Origin: Sulfolobales archaeon
GTDB taxonomy: Archaea; Thermoproteota; Thermoprotei_A; Sulfolobales; AG1
Length of the DNA stretch: 64,000 nt
Direction: 5' to 3'
Assembly (NCBI GenBank): GCA_038867615.1
Contig: JAWBYA010000001.1
Location: forward strand, 544,001-608,000
The position numbers and the translations under genes were made by a program. The notes below the pieces were generated by a model. It searched no databases and was not told the DNA's origin. It was given only the letters and a program-made list of their open reading frames with translations. Of this stretch, positions 30,908 to 41,067 are shown in pieces; the stretch's first letter is position 1, and each line of letters starts with the position of its first letter.

Positions 30908-32782
30908 ATGGTGATTCCAGCAAGGAGATTCCTTGAAATAGGCATGCTGATCTTCGTAATAATATATACAGCCAGCCTAACACTAATGATCACCTCCCAG
31001 GCCCAGGAGCTAACCTTCTGCATACCATCACCAGGAAAGCTAGTCGAATTCAACCCATACTTCTACATAGCCTCACCCCCACTAACCCACGGAACCGTTG
31101 TGAAGCTCGTCTACGAAACCCTTGCTGAGGAGAAAGCGGATGGCTCTCTAGAACCCCTCCTAGCTATAAACTGGTCCGTCTCTCAGGATGGAAAAACAGT
31201 GACTATAAAATTGAGGCAAGGCGTCTCATGGCATGACGGAACCTCGTTCACATCGAAGGACGTGGCCTTTGTCTTAAACACTATCCAGAAATTCCCCCAT
31301 GGGGATGTATACAACATTGGTAGATACATAGGATCTATAGAAACACCTGACCAGACCACCGTGGTTATAAGGCTTAAAGAGCCTTTCAGCAGATTCCTAT
31401 ACTACCTCCTAACCGGTTATAGGATCTTCCCGGAGCATGTGTTCACAGACAAGGACATGTCTAACTTCACAGCAAGGGATGCACAGTATGTAGTTGGTAC
31501 AGGACCCTACAGGATCGTTGATGCTAACTTCGATACACAGACCTTCAGATTCGCTGCTTATGAGAAATACTGGGGAGGACAGCCCCAGATCAAGAGCATA
31601 GTGGCGAGAGTGATCGATGAATCGGCACCAATACCAATTATGCTGAAAACAGGGCAGTGCTCCATAGCTATGATAACCAACCCAGCCCTCGTAGCACCAG
31701 CGATCACAGACCCGAAGCTCAAAGTAGCCGCAGCAAGGGGGTGGCCTTACCAGGGCTCTTTCTACACCCCAGCAGGGCTTGTAGTGCTCAATACAGCCGT
31801 GTATCCATTGAATATAACATCCTTTAGACAGGCGCTAGCCTATGCTATAAACAAGGAGAGAATAATACAGCTAGCATTACAAGGGTTTGGCGAAGTAGCA
31901 TCATCAGGGCAGCTCCCACTATCATCCCCGTGGAGACCGCAGGATCTGAACGAGATAACGTATAACATCTCCAAAGCTAGAGAGATCCTGAGATCCCTGG
32001 GGTTTGTTGAGGGGCCGGACAAGATGTTCAGATACCCCAACGGCTCACTCCTAAGCATAAAGATCATACACACGGGAGGTGTTGCAAGCAACATAGTACC
32101 CCTGATTATCCAGGACTGGAGAGCCGCTGGGATCGATGCTAGCGAGGAGGTTCTCACAAGGCTCACATATGTTAACAACCTAGCCTATGGCTATTACCAA
32201 GCAGCCCTACTGCTAACAAACAGACCAACAGATCCTGACTTCGTGCTCACAGTATTCATGGATAGAAACCCACAGCCAACACCAATAGGGCAGAGTGTTC
32301 AGTACTGGGGCTGGACGAGATACCTCAACCCCGAGTTTAATAACTACATAATGATGGCTAGATCGGCGACGTCGGAGGCAGAGGCTTATAAGTACTACGC
32401 AGAGGCTCAGAGAATAGCCGCTAGGGATCAGTGGGTCATACCCCTCTACTATGCAAAAGCGATCTGGGTCTTCAACGCTGCCGACTTTACCGGCTGGGAC
32501 CCGCTGTTCGCTGGCCAGGGCTTCCCATCCCATGGAGCAATGCTATCAGTAAAGCCTTACCAGCAACCGGTAGTCACGGTAGTAACCGAGAGGGTGGTGA
32601 CTGAGAAACCACCTGTTGTGACGGTAACCGAGACCCAGAGGATCACTGCTGTGACGAGCGTTGCACCTACTCAGCAAGCAGAGCAACCCTGGCTTCTATA
32701 TGCATTAATAGCAGCCATAGTAGTGATCGCTGTAGCAGCTCTAGCGATACTTAGAACATCTATGGCTGGGAGAAAGACCTAG
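30908..32782 (+). CDS. Family 5 (Opp/Dpp) ABC transporter substrate-binding protein
   Basis: YETL, PLLA, LRQGVSWHDG, GTGPY and FRQALAYAIN motifs; C-terminal Thr/Val-rich linker plus TM anchor. Confidence 0.9.
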   Translation: MVIPARRFLEIGMLIFVIIYTASLTLMITSQAQELTFCIPSPGKLVEFNPYFYIASPPLTHGTVVKLVYETLAEEKADGSLEPLLAINWSVSQDGKTVTIKLRQGVSWHDGTSFTSKDVAFVLNTIQKFPHGDVYNIGRYIGSIETPDQTTVVIRLKEPFSRFLYYLLTGYRIFPEHVFTDKDMSNFTARDAQYVVGTGPYRIVDANFDTQTFRFAAYEKYWGGQPQIKSIVARVIDESAPIPIMLKTGQCSIAMITNPALVAPAITDPKLKVAAARGWPYQGSFYTPAGLVVLNTAVYPLNITSFRQALAYAINKERIIQLALQGFGEVASSGQLPLSSPWRPQDLNEITYNISKAREILRSLGFVEGPDKMFRYPNGSLLSIKIIHTGGVASNIVPLIIQDWRAAGIDASEEVLTRLTYVNNLAYGYYQAALLLTNRPTDPDFVLTVFMDRNPQPTPIGQSVQYWGWTRYLNPEFNNYIMMARSATSEAEAYKYYAEAQRIAARDQWVIPLYYAKAIWVFNAADFTGWDPLFAGQGFPSHGAMLSVKPYQQPVVTVVTERVVTEKPPVVTVTETQRITAVTSVAPTQQAEQPWLLYALIAAIVVIAVAALAILRTSMAGRKT

Positions 32783-32801
32783 GGATCCCGGTGTCGTCTC
32801 A

Positions 32802-33785
32802 ATGGTTTTTTTAAACACCCTGCTTAGAAGGGTACTCATAGCCCTGCTGACCTATGTAGTCGTGAATCTATTCATATTCACAGTCCCCAGGCTTATGCCT
32901 GGTAACTATGTTGACTATATAGCATCATCCAGGTTCCTACCACAACAGGCTGTTATGGAGCTATACGAGAGATTCGGTCTGAACGAGCCCTTCCACGTAC
33001 AGCTTGCAAGGTATATAACCAACGTGATGTTCTCTCCAAAACCCAATTTTGGGTATTCATACTCATTCTATCCATACGAGGCATGGGATGTGATACAGAT
33101 CTATCTCCCATGGACCGTGCTCCTACTATCGGTGGCAACTATAGCGACATTCATACTCGGAACCCTCCTGGGATTCATTGCAGCATATACCAAGGACTCT
33201 ATCCTGGATAGATTGATAGTGGGCTTCGGCATATATACCCTCTCGACACCATATTTCATCCTCGCCCTCATAATACTCGCCATATTCTCACAATACCTAG
33301 GCCTCTTCCCCGCTGGTGGGGCTTACTCAGCATCAGCTCCCCAAAGTGGTCTTCCGTTTATCCAGAATATCCTATGGCATCTCTTCCTCCCAGTTATGGC
33401 CATAGCTATAGGAACCTCGGGGCAGTTCGTGATACTAACTAGGGAGATAATAGTCTCCAACATGTCTGAGGATTTCTATAGAACAGCCATGGCTCTCGGG
33501 CTGAGGAGGACAAGAATCCTTATCGAGTATGCCCTGAGACCCGGGATCCTCCCCCTCATAACCCTCTTTGGCATCAGATTCGGAACCATGATGAGCGGTG
33601 CCCTGTTAACCGAGATCATATTCTCATACCCAGGTCTTGGGTATATACTCTACCAAGCCATACTTTCGAAAGACTTCCCCCTGCTCCAAGCCCTCTTCTA
33701 TATGATAAGCTTCATGATAATAGCGACAAGCCTTATTCTCGACATTCTCTACATGATCCTTGACCCTAGGATCAGGAGGGGGTAG
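32802..33785 (+). CDS. Opp/Dpp ABC transporter permease (DppB-like)
   Basis: PRLMPG, LPWTVLL, EIIFSYPGLG and LDPRIR motifs. Confidence 0.9.
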   Translation: MVFLNTLLRRVLIALLTYVVVNLFIFTVPRLMPGNYVDYIASSRFLPQQAVMELYERFGLNEPFHVQLARYITNVMFSPKPNFGYSYSFYPYEAWDVIQIYLPWTVLLLSVATIATFILGTLLGFIAAYTKDSILDRLIVGFGIYTLSTPYFILALIILAIFSQYLGLFPAGGAYSASAPQSGLPFIQNILWHLFLPVMAIAIGTSGQFVILTREIIVSNMSEDFYRTAMALGLRRTRILIEYALRPGILPLITLFGIRFGTMMSGALLTEIIFSYPGLGYILYQAILSKDFPLLQALFYMISFMIIATSLILDILYMILDPRIRRG

Positions 33786-34567
33786 TGGTGAGGGCAACAA
33801 GGATCCTGATCCTGTTCGTGGCACTCTCACTCATATCAATCCTAGGTCCTTTCATAGCACCATATGACCCGTTCCAGGTCTCTGGAAACCCCTATCAACA
33901 ACCATCATGGAGCCATATACTAGGCACGGACGGACTTGGGAGAGACATATTCTCCCAACTAATAGTAGGATCTAGGATCACGCTAACCATATCTATCACC
34001 GCAGCCGCTATATCCCTAGCTATAGGCCTCTTCCTAGGCCTTGTCTCATCTCTCAGGGGCCTTTTATCCCAAGCAGTATCGTCTCTAATAGACTCCTTCA
34101 TAGTCGTACCCCCGCTGATAATAATGATATTTATAGCAAGCATTATGGGCCCATCGATAGTATCAACGATAGTCTCGATCTCGCTATCATACTGGCCACA
34201 GATAGCCAAGACCATAAGGGCTGAGGCGCTCTCGATCCTTGAGAGGCAATATGTCGAGGCTGCAAGGGCCGTGGGGGCGGGGATCAAGTGGATCTTTAGG
34301 AAACACGTGATCCCCAACATGGGGCACGTGATCCTTGCTAACCTAGCCTACGCGGTGGGGATAGCGATGGTGAGCGAATCGATAGTAAGCTTCCTAGGAC
34401 TCGGTGATCAGAGGTTCTTCAGCTGGGGAATGATCTTCTACTACGCATTTATACAGGGAGCGATATATTACGGACTATGGCTATGGATCCTCTCGCCAGC
34501 CCTGGTAATATCGATAACAGCATATATACTCTTCGAGACAAGCAGGGATATTATCAAGAGAGCATAG
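33785..34567 (+). CDS. Opp/Dpp ABC transporter permease (DppC-like)
   Basis: HILGTDGLGRDIFS, YVEAARAVGA, HVIPN and SFLGLG motifs. Confidence 0.9.
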   Translation: MVRATRILILFVALSLISILGPFIAPYDPFQVSGNPYQQPSWSHILGTDGLGRDIFSQLIVGSRITLTISITAAAISLAIGLFLGLVSSLRGLLSQAVSSLIDSFIVVPPLIIMIFIASIMGPSIVSTIVSISLSYWPQIAKTIRAEALSILERQYVEAARAVGAGIKWIFRKHVIPNMGHVILANLAYAVGIAMVSESIVSFLGLGDQRFFSWGMIFYYAFIQGAIYYGLWLWILSPALVISITAYILFETSRDIIKRA

Positions 34568-34704
34568 TCTATAGATATGAAGAACAGACACACATAGGCA
34601 GGATAAAAATAAAAATAGAGATACGATCACACGCTATAGAATTGAAAAACAGTTACGTAACTCTCAGCATTTTAACTATGTCGCGGAAAAGACATGGGGG
34701 TTTT

Positions 34705-35442
34705 ATGAGCTCTGCAACGCCCTCTAAGCTACTAGGCATTGTAGTAGATATTCTTGAGAAGGTTATTAAAGAGGAGATCCGTAACCTCGCTGTGGCTTCC
34801 CAAGCAATCTCGGAGGCTATGAGGTCTGGCGGTGTTGAGTATGTCTTTGGTACCGGGCATTCGATGTTGGTTGCTCTGGAGGCTTCTTTTAGGGCTGGTA
34901 ATCCTGTTAAGATCTACCCTATAGTGGATCCATCGCTGCTCGGCATCCCATCGGCCCTGAGGGCAAGCAGCCTTGAAAAGCTCTCTGGCTATGCGAAAGC
35001 TATAGTGAGCTCCATGAAGATCATCCCGGGCTCTGTGCTTGTGGTTATAAGCAACTCTGGGAAGAACGCCGCCCCGGTCGAGCTTGCCCATGAGATGAGG
35101 TCTAGGGGTGTTAGGGTTATAGCGATAACCTCTCTAGAGTATTCGAGAAAACTCGTTCCAGAGAATTCCCTCGGTAAGAGGCTCTACGAGGTTGCCGATA
35201 TAGTTATAGATAACAAGGTTCCCGAGGGTGATGCCTCATACGATATTGGGGGCGTCAGGGTATTCCCGGTGTCGACGATTGTTAATAGCTTTATAATCAA
35301 TGCTATAAACGCGATGGCAGCCGAGGATCTAGCATCCCGCGGGATAGATCCCGAGGTGTGGGCGAGCGTGAACATCCCGGATAGTAGGAAGAGGAATAAC
35401 ATCTATATAGAGAAGTACTATGATATCCTGAAACACCTATAG
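34705..35442 (+). CDS. SIS-domain sugar isomerase-like protein
   Basis: FGTGHS, ISNSGKN, IAITS, DIVIDNKVPEGDA and VWASVN motifs; start trimmed to ATG 34705 (preceded by GGGGG). Confidence 0.82.
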   Translation: MSSATPSKLLGIVVDILEKVIKEEIRNLAVASQAISEAMRSGGVEYVFGTGHSMLVALEASFRAGNPVKIYPIVDPSLLGIPSALRASSLEKLSGYAKAIVSSMKIIPGSVLVVISNSGKNAAPVELAHEMRSRGVRVIAITSLEYSRKLVPENSLGKRLYEVADIVIDNKVPEGDASYDIGGVRVFPVSTIVNSFIINAINAMAAEDLASRGIDPEVWASVNIPDSRKRNNIYIEKYYDILKHL

Positions 35443-35482
35443 AGACTCATTTCGCATTAAAACACAGGGTTTGGTAACAGCC

Positions 35483-35956
35483 ATGGCGGAGATCCTTGTT
35501 AGAAATATAGAGTACAGAGATATAGAGAGCGTATGCGATATAATGCTATCAATAGATCCATACAAAACCCTAGGATATACGCCCGATATATGTATAGAGA
35601 CCGTTATCTCAAACATAGAGGAGGGGTGGGGAGCTGTTGCAGAGATAGACGGAAGGATCGTTGGCTTCGTGCTATTCAGAGTATTCGACGGCTTCCCACT
35701 AGGTGGATATATAAGAGCCCTGGGAGTTCACCAAGGATATAGATCTATGGGTGTTGGGACAAGGCTTATGGACTATGCTGAGGGGGTTATTTTCAAGTAT
35801 AGGGAGAATGTATTCCTCCTAGTATCCTCGTTCAACGAACAGGCGATCCGGTTCTATATGAAGAGAGGCTATAAAGTAATAGGAGTTATAGAGAACGCTA
35901 TAGTAAAGGGATACCACGAGATCATTATGAGGAAGACCAAGAATAGCCAGAGGTGA
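35483..35956 (+). CDS. GNAT family N-acetyltransferase
   Basis: LGVHQGYRSMGVGTRL acetyl-CoA motif A and NEQAIRFYMKRGY. Confidence 0.88.
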   Translation: MAEILVRNIEYRDIESVCDIMLSIDPYKTLGYTPDICIETVISNIEEGWGAVAEIDGRIVGFVLFRVFDGFPLGGYIRALGVHQGYRSMGVGTRLMDYAEGVIFKYRENVFLLVSSFNEQAIRFYMKRGYKVIGVIENAIVKGYHEIIMRKTKNSQR

Positions 35957-35965
35957 GAATCCCAT

Positions 35966-37162
35966 ATGAACCCTGTTAAGAGGCTTATAGATATAGCTAT
36001 GCGTGAAACCAGGATCGTTGCCGGGCTTATGTCAGGGACTAGTGCTGATGGTGTTGATATAGCTATCATGGAGATCACGGGCAGTGGGAGGGGCGTTAAA
36101 TACAGGATCCTTGGCAAAGGGGTTGAGAAATACCCGAGCGGTTTGAGGAGCATGATTCTAAGAACCCTTGACTCGGGAGGGCTTCACGACATATGTGCTC
36201 TTAACTTCCTCATAGCCAGGTTCTTCGCAAAGGCGTTCGAAAACACTAGAGAGGTTCTTGGTATTAAGAGGGGGGAGATAGATCTTGTGGGGTCGCATGG
36301 GCAGACTGTGTACCACTTCCCCGAGCTTATAAGGATCGATGATCTTGTGTCTAGATGCACCCTACAGCTAGGATCTGTTCAGGTAGTCGCGGAAGACACA
36401 GGGATCATAACGATAGGCAACTTCAGGATTAGGGATATAGCTGCAGGAGGTATGGGAGCCCCGATAATAGCCTATGTTGACTATGCACTCCTATCAAGCC
36501 CAAACACCGGGAGGGCGATCCAGAATATAGGGGGGATAGCTAACGTGACAGTCATACCCCCAGACCCGTCTATAGATAGCATATATGCATTCGACACGGG
36601 TCCTGGGAATAGCTTGATAGACTATGCAGTATCGATTCTGTATGACGGCATGGAGTACGATCCAAACGGGGAGATAGCCTCAAGAGGATCCCCCGACCCC
36701 GAGATGCTGGAGGAGTTGATGGGCCATCCATTCATAAGAGCACCTCCTCCAAAGACCACGGGAAGAGAGGTCTTTGGGAAAAGCCTCGTACTCAGGGTTA
36801 TAGAGAGGGCTAGGGCGAAGGGGCTATCGAGGGAGGATATAGTTGCTACCCTCACAATGTATACTGTAGAGAGCATAGTATATAATTATAAGGAGTACAT
36901 ACTCCCCAGAGTAAAGATCGGCGAGGTTATAGTGGGTGGCGGTGGTACGAGGAACAAGACCTTGATGGGGTGGCTTAGAAAACACCTAGAATCCCTCGGG
37001 CTGAGGGTGCTTGTCCACGAGGATCTCGGCATAGACTCAAAGATCAAGGAGGCTATGGGTATGGCTCTACTTGCCCACGAAACACTCAACGGTGTTCCAA
37101 ACAACGTACCAGGGGCTACAGGGGCTCTCAAAAGGGTTGTGATGGGTGAGATAGCTCTCTAG
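35966..37162 (+). CDS. anmK: Anhydro-N-acetylmuramic acid kinase
   Basis: GLMSGTSADGVD, GSHGQT, FRIRDIAAGGMGAP, NIGGIAN, FDTGPGN, PPKTTGRE and GGG..N motifs all present. Confidence 0.92.
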   Translation: MNPVKRLIDIAMRETRIVAGLMSGTSADGVDIAIMEITGSGRGVKYRILGKGVEKYPSGLRSMILRTLDSGGLHDICALNFLIARFFAKAFENTREVLGIKRGEIDLVGSHGQTVYHFPELIRIDDLVSRCTLQLGSVQVVAEDTGIITIGNFRIRDIAAGGMGAPIIAYVDYALLSSPNTGRAIQNIGGIANVTVIPPDPSIDSIYAFDTGPGNSLIDYAVSILYDGMEYDPNGEIASRGSPDPEMLEELMGHPFIRAPPPKTTGREVFGKSLVLRVIERARAKGLSREDIVATLTMYTVESIVYNYKEYILPRVKIGEVIVGGGGTRNKTLMGWLRKHLESLGLRVLVHEDLGIDSKIKEAMGMALLAHETLNGVPNNVPGATGALKRVVMGEIAL

Positions 37163-37167
37163 GCTCT

Positions 37168-37608
37168 CTAGAGATTAAAGTTCTCCATAAACCACTGTGC
37201 TGCTAGCTCTAGGTTTACGGGTTTATCCTGCATCTTCATACACTCCCTGGTTTTCGTTGCGACATACTCCATCTTCTCAAGATCGCTTTCCGAGAGATCA
37301 AGAGACCCCAGGATAGCTCCATCCCTGGCCAGCGAGATCCTCCTAGACTTAGAAGCACCCTCTATGATCCCCAGCGTCGCCGGGTCGAGAGGATCTAGGA
37401 ATGAGGCTATCAAAACCTTCTCACCACCCATTAGAGCATCAATACCTATGACAATCACACACCCATGGGGAGTCGAGATCGCAAGCCCCGTGGTCCTAGA
37501 ACCCCTGGGGAGGGAAACCTCTCCCCAGAGATCCTCCCCCTTAACGTCTATCACCACCGAGCCGTTGGAAAGCCTCAGATACCCTCTCACGATAAACAAA
37601 AACACCAC
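37168..37608 (-). CDS. Hypothetical protein
   Basis: 146 aa ORF filling the gap, host-like codon usage. Confidence 0.6.
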   Translation of the reverse strand: MVFLFIVRGYLRLSNGSVVIDVKGEDLWGEVSLPRGSRTTGLAISTPHGCVIVIGIDALMGGEKVLIASFLDPLDPATLGIIEGASKSRRISLARDGAILGSLDLSESDLEKMEYVATKTRECMKMQDKPVNLELAAQWFMENFNL

Positions 37609-37710
37609 CTGAAAAAGAATCTCCTAAGGAGCTATAATACTACCTCTATAAAAACCTACTCCTATCTATACATTGATAGAGGGATCCTGTGGGATCGTGG
37701 TTGTCCAGGA

Positions 37711-38037
37711 TCAATTGCCAGGTATGTGGGATTTAATCAGGCTTTCCTCAGCGATCCATGTGGCTCCAAGAGAGCATGAGATATTGAGGCACTTAGCGCT
37801 CTCAAGCCTAGCCAGATCGAGTTCGCACGTACACACACCACTATCCCCGCTGAAAAGCCTTATAATAGCCCTCTTCTCATCCATAACCTCTATAGAAACC
37901 CTATCAGGCTTTCTAGGCAGCAGGGGAATATAGACCCTATACGTTTTACCAAGCTTCTCAAGCCTAACATAGACGTCCCACCTATCACCTCCAACCTTAA
38001 TAACCCTCTCTAGAGATACCTCCACAGCCCCCACCAA
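37711..38037 (-). CDS. Hypothetical protein with Cys-rich C-terminus
   Basis: 108 aa ORF, host-like codon usage, CTC...C...C. Confidence 0.6.
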   Translation of the reverse strand: MVGAVEVSLERVIKVGGDRWDVYVRLEKLGKTYRVYIPLLPRKPDRVSIEVMDEKRAIIRLFSGDSGVCTCELDLARLESAKCLNISCSLGATWIAEESLIKSHIPGN

Positions 38038-38092
38038 GAATAATATGGCTGGGTAAGGAATAAGCTGAGCCGCAGATCTCTAAAGCAGATCT

Positions 38093-38899
38093 CTAGGGAT
38101 AGATCATGTTAGAGCTAAACCCAAGGATCTCCTTATCCTCCAAATAGTACGCTTTATCCCAGCCCTCGCTGATCATCCTGTTAACTATGGATTCGATAAC
38201 CCATATGGTATTGCAAAAAGCACCTCTGCATCTACTCCTATGAACCCTAGCGAAGCTTGCCTCAAACCCCTCCCTAGGATCGCTGCTCGAGAGGATCACA
38301 AGATCCCTACCCCTAGATCCAAACACCGGGGCGTGGAAAAACTGCTCCAGCCTCTCATAATAAGCCCTCTCACCAAAGATCTCGAATACCTTGAGTGCAG
38401 CATAATATGCTACTCCGTAGTTCTCCCTACGTCCTATAAAGATAGGCTCTCTAGGCATGACTATAGGACGATCCCTCTCAGAATCTATCTCCTCACCGGC
38501 TAGCGAGTATAGGGCGCTTAAACACATCAAGAAAGATCTCACGCCGGGGATTCTGCGAGGCTTATATGGTATCTTGATAACAATATCGCCCAACTTAGCC
38601 AAAGGGCTCTCCTCATCAGCAGTTATAACATAGATCTTAACCCTACCTCTATGTCTCCTAGCAAGCTCTACATTAGCCCTAGTCCTCCCAGAGACCGAGA
38701 CGATCACGAGGGGCAGATCTAGATCTGCTTCAAGCCCATCATAAGGATCCAGAGCTTTAACCCTACCCCTACTCTTCCCCTCAATAGCCAGTGCAGCTGC
38801 ATAGGAATCACCAGCACCAGCTACGTATGCCCTCTCAAGCTTTACATCCACATCCACAATATAGTCCTCCTTAAGCTCCTCCAACATCTCCCTGATCAC
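38093..38899 (-). CDS. SIS-domain protein (GlmS isomerase-domain-like)
   Basis: AGAGDSYAAA, VSVSGRT, ITADEESPLAK, ALKVFE and EQFFHAP motifs. Confidence 0.82.
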   Translation of the reverse strand: MIREMLEELKEDYIVDVDVKLERAYVAGAGDSYAAALAIEGKSRGRVKALDPYDGLEADLDLPLVIVSVSGRTRANVELARRHRGRVKIYVITADEESPLAKLGDIVIKIPYKPRRIPGVRSFLMCLSALYSLAGEEIDSERDRPIVMPREPIFIGRRENYGVAYYAALKVFEIFGERAYYERLEQFFHAPVFGSRGRDLVILSSSDPREGFEASFARVHRSRCRGAFCNTIWVIESIVNRMISEGWDKAYYLEDKEILGFSSNMIYP

Positions 38900-38967
38900 T
38901 GATAAACCCCTGCTAATTATCCAGAGAGAGCCAAAAAGAACCTCACAGCCTATAGAATTCTAGCTAT

Positions 38968-39051
38968 GCCATAGCTAGCTGTTCGGATTTCGTGAGGGTT
39001 TATGTGGATTAATATTAGATCATAGTTATGTGGGAACATCATATAAGCTCT
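38968..39051 (+). repeat. Dispersed intergenic element, copy B
   Basis: Aligns with copies A and C; followed by a CCGCCCA...TGGGCGG inverted repeat and TGGGGTTTCCCCACAGC at 39131-39147. Confidence 0.8.
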
Positions 39052-39440
39052 GAAATATTTATGGATATCCGCCCAACAATGAGGGTGGCTATAAAGACCC
39101 GAGTGGGCGGGTTAAATAAAACCAATATGTTGGGGTTTCCCCACAGCTATGAACCAGAGAAAAGCTATGAAGGAGGTAGCGTGTGATCCTGGTTACTAAA
39201 AACCGCGGCTGGATCAGCTGCTATATGGTTGAAGAAGAATCTACATATTTACGGTTATTGTGGTTGCGACTATAGAGTGGAGCGGTAAGAGGGGTAGGGA
39301 GCCGCTTGTGTGGTTAAGGTGGCATGTAGTATATTATGGGGTTAAAGGAGGGCTGTTTATTGTATTTTGAATGTTTTGAGATGCTTTGAAGGGCGATAAA
39401 TATATATACCATTAATATAAAGCTTATCTGGAGATATAAT

Positions 39441-40898
39441 ATGGCGGAGGAAGCGGCAACCGAAAAAATGCCTCTGCTTGAGAGATTCGGGTTAAAGCTT
39501 TCGGAAAAAGTGGAGAAGGTTATGCCGGACCCGCTGATCTTCGCCATACTGCTCACCATAATTACATGGATACTTGCGATCGTTGTGATAAGACCCTATG
39601 AGAAAATGGGTGTTATAGCCACTATCCAGTGGCTCTTTGTGGATTCGTGGTATAGGGGCTTCTGGGATCTCCTGGCCTTCGCAATGCAGATGGCCTTGAT
39701 ACTTGTCACAGGCTATGCTATTGCCTACCACCCCGTTATATATCGGGGTGTCAAGAGGCTAGCACGCATACCCAAGAGCACGAAATCAGCAGCTGCTCTC
39801 ACTGCATTGGTTTCACTCTTACTAGCATGGCTCCACTGGGGGCTTAGCCTAATACTATCGGCTATCCTCGCAAGGGAGATCGGGCTGGAGTTCTATAGGA
39901 ATAAAAGGCCTCTCCACTACCCAGCGGTTGTAGCCTCAGCCTATGCCGGTTTAGGGCTGAACTGGCACTGGGGTCTCTCGGCTTCTGCACCGCTTATCTC
40001 AAACACTCCTGGTCATTTCTTTGCAAAGCTCTTCAAGGATCTATATGGTGTTGAAACCATACCGCTCAGCGAGACGATCTTCCACCCATATACCCTTGCC
40101 AACATGATCCTGATAATAGTCTTTGGTACCCTTGCATTCTACGCAGTAGCACCTAGAAACGTATCGAGAGGGGTTGATGTTGTTGCACCACACGTGATAG
40201 AAGTAGCTGTGAAAGAAGGGGAAGAGGCTAGAAAACCAGAGATAAAGACCATAGCTGATAGGCTTGAGAACAGCAGGATCCTAGCACTCCTCATAGGGAT
40301 CCCAGCACTAATAGCAATGTGGTTCTGGTTCAGCAGACTCGGATTCTTCCGGGGACTCGACCTCAACTCCCTGAACTTCATATTCATACTAGCAGGCTTC
40401 CTACTATACCTCAACCCGATCGCGTATATGAGGGCTATAGCCAGGGCTACGCCCGCTGTTGCGGGAATCCTAATCCAGTTCCCATTCTACGCAGGGATAA
40501 TGGGTTTAATGAGATACACAACCGTTGATGGCGGGCCAAACCTCGCAACAGTGCTATCTGTAGCACTAGCCCAGCTCGCAACACCAGTAACCTGGCCAGC
40601 GATAAATCTATACCTATCCGGCTTCATCAACCTCTTCATCCCTTCAGGCGGCGGGGAATGGGCTGCTATTGGCGAGATAATAACGAGAACCTCGCACCAG
40701 CTGGGAGTCCCGATCGGAAAAGCCATAATAGCATATGCAGCAGGAGACCAGTGGACAAACCTATTCCAGCCCTTCTGGGCAATACCCCTGCTCGCAATAA
40801 CAGGGACCAGGGCTAGAGATGTCTTTGGATACACAATAGCAGTCATGATCCTAGCGACAATTCCATTCTCCCTCGGACTAGTTCTCATTCCATACTAA
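39441..40898 (+). CDS. atoE: Short-chain fatty acid transporter (AtoE / TIGR00366 family)
   Basis: MPDPLIFAILLT, GFWDLLAFAMQM, QFPFYAGIMG, FIPSGGG and WTNLFQPFWA motifs. Confidence 0.9.
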   Translation: MAEEAATEKMPLLERFGLKLSEKVEKVMPDPLIFAILLTIITWILAIVVIRPYEKMGVIATIQWLFVDSWYRGFWDLLAFAMQMALILVTGYAIAYHPVIYRGVKRLARIPKSTKSAAALTALVSLLLAWLHWGLSLILSAILAREIGLEFYRNKRPLHYPAVVASAYAGLGLNWHWGLSASAPLISNTPGHFFAKLFKDLYGVETIPLSETIFHPYTLANMILIIVFGTLAFYAVAPRNVSRGVDVVAPHVIEVAVKEGEEARKPEIKTIADRLENSRILALLIGIPALIAMWFWFSRLGFFRGLDLNSLNFIFILAGFLLYLNPIAYMRAIARATPAVAGILIQFPFYAGIMGLMRYTTVDGGPNLATVLSVALAQLATPVTWPAINLYLSGFINLFIPSGGGEWAAIGEIITRTSHQLGVPIGKAIIAYAAGDQWTNLFQPFWAIPLLAITGTRARDVFGYTIAVMILATIPFSLGLVLIPY

Positions 40899-41067
40899 AC
40901 AGACTGAAACCTTTTTCTTGTTCGATTTTATGGTAGATCAGGTTTATTCTGTTCTATTCATATGCTGTTCGTGGGTTTTGCTAAGATGATCTTTATTGAT
41001 AGCTTGCTGTCCTTGTGTTTTTAAACCAAGGAAAGGATATGGGCATCAAAAATATTATGGTTGAGGG

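Noticed and set aside
34477-34704. N-terminal extension of the SIS ORF
   Set aside because: Overlaps dppC and AT-rich spacer DNA; a better ATG with a purine-rich upstream tract exists at 34705
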